Below, in pieces: positions 57,544-64,000 of a DNA stretch of 64,000 nt; positions within the stretch are counted from its first letter, which is position 1, and every line of letters starts with the position of its first letter. Source of the DNA: Caecitellus pseudoparvulus (Eukaryota > Protista > Bigyra: Bicosoecida); the NCBI GenBank assembly GCA_965644315.1, contig CBFFRQ010000039.1:186001-250000 (forward strand), read 5' to 3'. The translations under genes and the position numbers were made by a program. The notes under the pieces are model-generated. The model had not been told where the DNA came from. It did not search any database and worked only from the letters and a program-made list of their open reading frames with translations.

Positions 57544-60500
57544 TCACTCCTCTGCCTGTGCACTGGCGTCAGCACGGGGGCTGGACCGCGCCAGGGAGGC
57601 AGCCAGCGTGCTCTCCAGTCGTGACTGCATCTTGCTCCACAGGGCATCTGCGAGCTGGTCCAGGTCCACTCCGGCGCTGCCTGTGGAGTTGGCTGAGGAA
57701 GGCAGGCGAGGCATGGTGGTTGCCCGATCCGGGGACGAGGGTGTGTCGGCCGCCGCATCCGAGGGCAGCGCCTGCGAAAGTTGCTGCATGGCCTGCCGCA
57801 GTGTGGCTGTGAGGGCGGCATGTGTGGCGCGTGCGGCTGCAAGGTCGGCGGCGGCGGTGTCACCGCCAGCATTCGCTACGACGCGCGACGTTTCTTGCAG
57901 TTTGCCCACGGTGTCGTCCAGGGCAGATGTGAGGGTGGAGATGGTGGTGAGGTATGCGCTGGCGGTGTGCGGCAGCAGGGCGCTGTCCTCCAGCTCATCC
58001 TCTGCGGCGCCTTGCGCCTGGGCAACGCCACTGGCCCCGTGCAGTTTCCAGCCGCCTTGGGCTGTTGCAGAGGCGCTGAGACTGAGCGGCGCACTATCTG
58101 CCAGCTGTGCCTGGTCAGGGTGTGTGGCGGGCTGTGCGGCCGGTGAGCTGGCATGCCGCAGAGCCGCAGCTGCTGTGCGGGAATCTGCAGCCGCCTTGGC
58201 TGCCGAGTGCAGCAATTCCTCCGTGCCGCTGAGATCGGCAGCGGTGCCCACGCTGGCATGAGATGTGGCAGCCAGCCGTGCTTTGAGGGACGCAGCCAAG
58301 CTGACTGCTGGCTTGCCCTTGACTGGCGTCTCCTCAGCTGGGGCGAGATCCGACGGCACAGGCGGCGGCGCCACGACACCCAAGCCCCCAGCGTGGCGTT
58401 GCGAGGAGAGCAGGTCCAGCTTCGACAGCTGGGCTCGCATGCGGGAGACTGCAGCTGCTGCTGCCGCCTGTTGCGTGGCAAGGTCAGGTGCTGGCCCGTC
58501 GCGGGTCGGTGGCGACGACTCGCTGGGCTCTGGGGAGCTGTGAGTGGGCAGGGGGGCCTTAGGTTTCCCCGAGAAGGTGTGTGTGAGGCTGGCTCGCACG
58601 CCAGGCGTGGGGGCGGCTGGCGTTGCCGACACTGACCCAGGGCGCTTGGCTGGCGTCGCCACCAGGCGCGCATCCGCCGCTGCCCAGTCCTCTTCCTCCT
58701 CTGCTGACGCTGGCGTGGCGGCCCCACTGGCCGGAGGCGTGGGTGGCGGTGCCATGCCGAGGGCAGGCTGGGGTTCCTCGTCTGTGGGCGCCGGGCGGGA
58801 GGGCTGCTCCATGGCGCCTGGGCCAGCTGTGGCGTGAAGTGCGACGCCATCTTCGCCGTCGCCACTGGGGGTGGGTGCTGCGCTGTGGTTGGTGGGCAAG
58901 TCGCCGGCTGCAGCGCCAAAGACGTCAAAAGAGCCCTGGTCGCCAGGCACAGCCCAGCGCCCCCCCACCATGCTGTCTGCCGCCGCGAGCAGGCTCGTGC
59001 CGTCCCGCGAGGCAGACACGTTCACACTGCGCGCCCAGGCTGGCAGGACACTCTGCCGGCCCGGTGTGGACGGCGCCACGCCCCGCCCACCACCCTCCCC
59101 GTCACTGCTGCCTGTGTCGTCTGCGCCTGTGGCGGATGTGTCAGCGGCCGTGGGGGAGGTTGTGGCCTGCGGCGTGGGGGGACCCCCTGTCGGCACGCGT
59201 GGCGGCTTGACGGCCAGAAACTTGGGCGCGTCGGTGCCCTGGGCTTCCGGCACGGCTGCTGACGCGCGCTTGTTCAGGCCCGCGTGCATCTCTGTGAGGG
59301 AGATGGCTCGCTCCGTCAGCGCCTTGGTGCGGGCGGCCGCCACGTCGAAGCTGCGCAGGGACGCTTGCTGTGCGAGGTGTGGGGCCAGACGCCACACCAT
59401 GATGCAGCCGTCCATGCCGGTGGTGACCAGGCGCCTGCAGTCGGCACTCCACGCCATGCCTGTGACCTTGCTCGCGTGTGCGGCCAGGCACGCCAGGCAC
59501 TCGCCGGAGAAGAAATCGTGCACCCGCACGCAGTTGTCGCCGCCTGCCGTCGCGACGAACAGGCCTGACGGGTCCATGGCCACACGGTTCAGAAGTTTGG
59601 CTCCTCGCGCCTCTGCGTAGCTGCGTAGCAGGCGCCCGTTGCGCAGGCTGTGCACGTGCAGGCGCTTGTCCTGCCCGACCGTGGCCAGGTTCTTGTTCGT
59701 GGCGTCCACTGCGACGCCCAGGATGGCGCCGTGCTCCGCCGGCACAGTGCGGGAGTGTGTGAGTTCGATGCGGCCGCCAGAGACGTCCACTTCTCCGGAG
59801 CGGGGCGTGCCGGTGGCGTCAGTTGGAGACAGGTCGTGCCATGTCATACCTTGCGGCAGCGCCACCCCGCTTTGCGCCAGCTGTCGCGCCATTTGCAGCC
59901 CCACTGGCGAGGCGCCCTCCACCCGGAGTTTGTTGAAGACAATGGTGCCGTCACCCCCTGCACTGATGAGCTTGGCATCGTCCTGGGTGAAGGCGAGGGA
60001 AGTGACGGGCTTGGTGTGGCGGTCCACTGTGCCGGCGTGAGCGTATGCGTTGGCGACGTCGAAGACATGCAGCAGGCCGTCCTGCCCTGCTGATGTGAGG
60101 ACGGCGCCCGTGGCTTGGGCGTAGGCCAGGGACAACACCTCGCCATCGTGTGCTGGGATGTACGCCACCTGCCGCATGCTCCAGGCGTCAAACACTCGAA
60201 CGTTGCCCTGTCGATCACCCACAGCCACATCCAGGGAGAAAGCGCCTGGAACTGAGCCCGGGTACGCTACAGCAGTGATGGACTTGAGGCCGGCAGAAGG
60301 GGGGATGATGGGGCCCTTTTCTGGTTCAAAGGCGCCTGTGACAATGCTCTGGCCAGTCCAGGAGGCCTTGGCGAGTGGGCGTGAGGGAGTGCCGCCAACA
60401 CTGAATACCTGCCCAGAGCCTGACTCGTCCTCAGCCTCGTTACAGTACAGAGCGTGCAGCATGCTGCTGCAGTACACGTTGCGGGCAGACACCGCCCTCT

Positions 60501-61970
60501 CTGGCGCCCCAGGCGGCACAGGGGTCTGCTTGTCCACTGCACGAGAGTCCAAGTTCCAGAAACGAGCCGTGCAGTCCGCGCCAACTGTGACAAACGTGTC
60601 AGAGGGCAGGGGGCCGACGGCCCCCCCCGTGTCTTCTGCATCTGCGGCGCTGCGTGGGTCAGGCAGGAATGCCACGTCCCACACAGTGGATGCGTGGTTA
60701 AAGAACGCGCGCTGCTTCACCACCTTGCCCTGTGCCAGTCCGCCAATGGCCCAGATAAACAGCGACCTGTCGCCGTACACGACCACAGCTCGCGAGGCAT
60801 CGGGGCTCAGCACAGCCGCGATGGCAGCGGGGCGGGTGACGCCATCGGCACCGGCGGCCGCCGCTGTGGCAGCTGCAGCGGGGGAGGTGACATTGTGCTG
60901 CCCCAGCGCAGGCGGAACGGGGAGCGAGCCTCGGCAGTGCAGAGACAGCAGGTCGAACACGCGCACGGTGGAGTCTGCACACCCCACCAGGGCAGAGTCC
61001 CCGGCAATGGACACGGCAAAGGCTGTGGGTGACTTGAGCGGCACGAACAGCTTCACTGCGCGAGCAGCGTCCAGCGCGACCAGCCTGCCGTCAGAGCTGA
61101 CCACCAAGACCCGCAGGCCTTGGGGCGTGTCTGCCGCTGCCACATCCACATAGTGGCTCTGCTGGAAGTCTGCAGGGAGCAGGGCGGCCTGGCCGCCAAT
61201 GCTCTGGGGGGCATCCGCTGGAGGCTGGCCTGCATCGATGCTTGGCCAGAACATGATGCTGGGACCTGACACGGAGACAAAGGCGGTGCCAGAGCCATGT
61301 GGGGCCAAGGCAGTAATACCGCCTGGCACAGACCCCCGGCCCACGCAGGCGCCCTGCGCCCAGTCCCACACAAACACATGTTTGTCCCGCCGAAAGCCAG
61401 CCGTGATCAAGTGTTGGCCCGACGAAGAGAACGCCACTGCAGCGACCCCATGGCGGTGGCCTGGAAGCTGGAACACGCACCGCCCATCTTTGACATTCCA
61501 AACCTCCACAACAGCTTCCCGCCCCCGCTGTGCAGAGTCAGGGGAGCAAGTGGGAGCGGGTGGCTTGCTGAAACGCGTGCGAAACGCCCACTCACCACTC
61601 CAACCGCGATGTGAGCGCCGTCTGGGGAGAAACTCAAGCATGTCACAGGAGAACTCGCCCGAATGAGTCGAACCTGGGGAGGATTGGTTGTTTATGCGGG
61701 CGAGGGGGCGGGTTGTGTGGAGGACAGGCAGCCAATCGTACCTGCCTGTTGCGTTTGGCGTTGTACAGGCACACCATGCACCCTGCAGGGTAAGCGATGT
61801 CCCCGGAAGACTTGTTGACACAGACAGCATTGTTGTGGCACGCGGTTATTCCAAGCACCCGCTCCAGTTGCACCTGAGCATGCAGGGCGGGGGGAAGCTT
61901 GCAAACATTGCAGGCAATCTGCAATCTCCGCAGCAGCACCAACCTGGCTGCGTTGCTGTCCCCCAGCCAT
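57544..61970 (-). CDS. MAPKBP1: WD40-repeat protein, WDR62/MAPKBP1 family; several 5' introns (first 61874-61943)
   Basis: N-terminal VQLERVLGITACHNNAVCVNKSSGDIAYPAGCMVCLYN and late LNRVAMDPSGLFVATAGGDNCVRVHDFFSGECLACLAAHASKVTGMAWSADCRRLVTTGMDGCIMVWRL match WDR62/MAPKBP1 signatures; also GDRQGNVRVFD..AHDGEVLSLAY. Low-complexity tail with terminal helix. Confidence 0.85.
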
Positions 61971-62358
61971 GGCACTGAGCGGCAGCAGCTGGGAAAGACG
62001 ATACTGCTAAGTGGTATACAAATACCTGCTCTGGTCCCGCACGGTGGTCCAGAGTCAGTGCTGTGGTTCAGGGCGCCGCTCAACGGACTTGCGTCCAACT
62101 GATGCTGGTCCGCTGCAAATGTGGGAGACACTGCCGTGGCACTCGGGGCAGGAGCGGACAGCGAAGCGTCACTGACTGAACGGATGCATTCACTGTGCTA
62201 GGCACTGGGAAGTGTTTCCCGGTACGGGGTGCGCGAGGGAGGTTGCCCCGCTCAGTACCCGGACTTGTGAAGCGGAGACCGCCTTGAGCCCTGGAAGGGC
62301 ATGACCGTACGCAGGAGAGTGTGGATCGGCTTGAAGCTGCCAAAGGTCTGCATCCCAA

Positions 62359-64000
62359 CTATTCAATGACTGGTGCTCCCAGCGCGCCGTCCTTTGCTTC
62401 GCGGGCATCTGTGTTGCGGAGAGTCGGGTCTGCCCCACGCCCCATGAGCGCTTTTGGCAGGTCGCCGCTGGGGTCTGCATCCACGGCGTTGTGCAGGGGG
62501 GTGTTGCCAATCCCATTCTGAGCATTGATGTCAGCGCCGTACTGCAGCAGGATACCGATGATGCGCAGGTTGAGGTTCGTGGCGGCGTAGTGCAGCGCTG
62601 TGTTGCCGGCTGCGTCCCGTGCGTTGGGGTCGAAGCCACCCTGCAGCGCCTCTTCCACGCGCCCTGCGCGGTCAGCCTGCACGTGGGCCATGAAGCGCTT
62701 TGCATCAGGCACCTTGCCCTCAGCTGCAGCCACTTCAGCCAGCACCTTCCTCTGCTCGGTGGGGTCAGGCTGCGGTTTGACATGCACGCGGGAAGCCTTG
62801 GCAACGTCAACGCCGCGCTGAATGGCGGCTGCTGCCTGTGCGATGCGGTTCAGGTGCACCATGGAGCGAATGTTCAGAGCATAGCCAATGTCTTCGCGTG
62901 AGAGGTCTGCAAGAGTGTCCCCGTCCAAGTCTGCATCCCGCGCGGCCTGCTGGTACTCTGCCATGCCCATCGTGTCAAGCCACCGGCACACATCTTCCAC
63001 CGTCCACAGCCTGAGGGAGGGCGCAAAGCTCCGGATCTTGGCAGACTCTGCCAGCGCCTGCAGAACTTCGGCTTTCTTGATGCGCAGCTTCTCTTTCTTT
63101 GCGCTGGCAGCCCTCGCAGCGATGAGCCGCTTGTCTTCCTTGGACAGCATGATCGCTGCTCCTGTGAAGAAGCTGTGCTGCATGCTTTCCTGCCGCATGC
63201 GACGGGACAAACTGCTTTCCCCTGCAGCCGAGGCCGCCAGGGCATGCACGGTGGCAGCTGCAGGCATGTACTGCGCAGCGGCCTTGAGCACCAGGCCTTG
63301 CACGGTGTCTCGAGTTTGCGTCATGGCCGTGTCGACCTTGTGCGCAACAGTCCGCTTTATCGCTGCCGAAGCTGCGGACTCGAGGCGCCTGGCCTCCTCC
63401 CGTGCAGCAAGCATTTGTGGGAGGAGTTGGCGCTGTTTCATGTCGTGCAACTCGCGGCTTTGGCGGAGGACGAGCGTTGTGACCTCGCCGGAAATGGCAG
63501 CTTTAGACCGAGTGAGCTGCCGTTGACGCAGTTGCAGGCTTTTGATTTCCTTACCAATGCGCTCTAAGTCTGCCTTGGTGCCGTCGATTTTCCGAGTGAG
63601 CTCCAACTCGTCCTGCTCTAGCTCCAGCGTGCGCCTGTGCTTCTCCGCCTTCTTCAAGTTGAGCGCTAGCTGCACGGTATGTGCCTCTTCAAGGGTTCGT
63701 GCCTTTCCCGTCAATGATGTCTGCTGCACTTGAGACGCCTGTGCAGCATTGGCGATTCGCTGTAAGGCGGGTGGCAGGCCGACGCCCAGTCTTGCTGCTT
63801 CGCCTGACAGGGCGGAAGCTGCTGAGCGCGTGCTGCGTCGGGAAGCCCCCCGGCTCTTGCTTTCGCGCAGCAAGTCAACAAGGCTCTCTCTGTCCCCGAC
63901 GAGCTCGTCAATCTCTTCATCCAGCCTACCAATTTCCCGCCGTTGGCGCTGCAGCTGTTCCAGTTCTCGCTCAAAGGTGGCCTTGCGCTTTGTGACCACG
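62359..64000 (-). CDS. Coiled-coil + SAM + ankyrin-repeat protein, 5'-truncated by the window
   Basis: SAM: WTVEDVCRWLDTMGMAEYQQAARDADLDGDTLADL. Ankyrins: GNTALHYAA, GADINAQNGIGNTPLHNAV. N-terminal coiled coil. Confidence 0.85.
   Translation of the reverse strand, partial: VVTKRKATFERELEQLQRQRREIGRLDEEIDELVGDRESLVDLLRESKSRGASRRSTRSAASALSGEAARLGVGLPPALQRIANAAQASQVQQTSLTGKARTLEEAHTVQLALNLKKAEKHRRTLELEQDELELTRKIDGTKADLERIGKEIKSLQLRQRQLTRSKAAISGEVTTLVLRQSRELHDMKQRQLLPQMLAAREEARRLESAASAAIKRTVAHKVDTAMTQTRDTVQGLVLKAAAQYMPAAATVHALAASAAGESSLSRRMRQESMQHSFFTGAAIMLSKEDKRLIAARAASAKKEKLRIKKAEVLQALAESAKIRSFAPSLRLWTVEDVCRWLDTMGMAEYQQAARDADLDGDTLADLSREDIGYALNIRSMVHLNRIAQAAAAIQRGVDVAKASRVHVKPQPDPTEQRKVLAEVAAAEGKVPDAKRFMAHVQADRAGRVEEALQGGFDPNARDAAGNTALHYAATNLNLRIIGILLQYGADINAQNGIGNTPLHNAVDADPSGDLPKALMGRGADPTLRNTDAREAKDGALGAPVIE

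Overview
Compact, GC-rich eukaryotic (protist) genomic DNA, not prokaryotic. It carries about 18 protein-coding genes with short (mostly 60-150 bp) GT(GCGT/GAG)...CAG introns clustered at their 5' ends, so many provided ORF starts are wrong and catalytic motifs lie in small exons. Gene content and element type suggest a heterotrophic stramenopile (e.g. bicosoecid-like); this is inference only. Genes in order: a membrane-RGS (7TM-RGS-like) protein, an ABHD13-like hydrolase, an ACC-synthase-like aminotransferase, an ICME-like esterase, a ~3800-aa channel (degenerate nicotinamidase + ankyrin + UBR-like + 2x RyR repeat + ankyrin + polycystin/TRPP pore), a TmcB-like PAS membrane protein, an SLC35E/TPT transporter, a PLOD-type glycosyltransferase, an SLC19 transporter, a multi-TM orphan, a P-loop GTPase, a MORN protein, an orphan, GCN2, a Cys-rich mucin-like surface protein, a coiled-coil protein, WDR62/MAPKBP1 and a partial SAM-ankyrin protein. 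Three highlights stand out. (1) The PKD-RyR channel carries a catalytically dead nicotinamidase domain at its N-terminus. (2) An ~0.9-kb tyrosine-recombinase (Ngaro-like, B-A-B split-repeat) retroelement remnant sits inside the mucin minisatellite, and one candidate splice would remove most of it in frame. (3) AATGCA recurs just after stop codons and is palindromic between convergent genes, making it a candidate non-canonical polyadenylation signal. No rRNA, tRNA or CRISPR array was seen.
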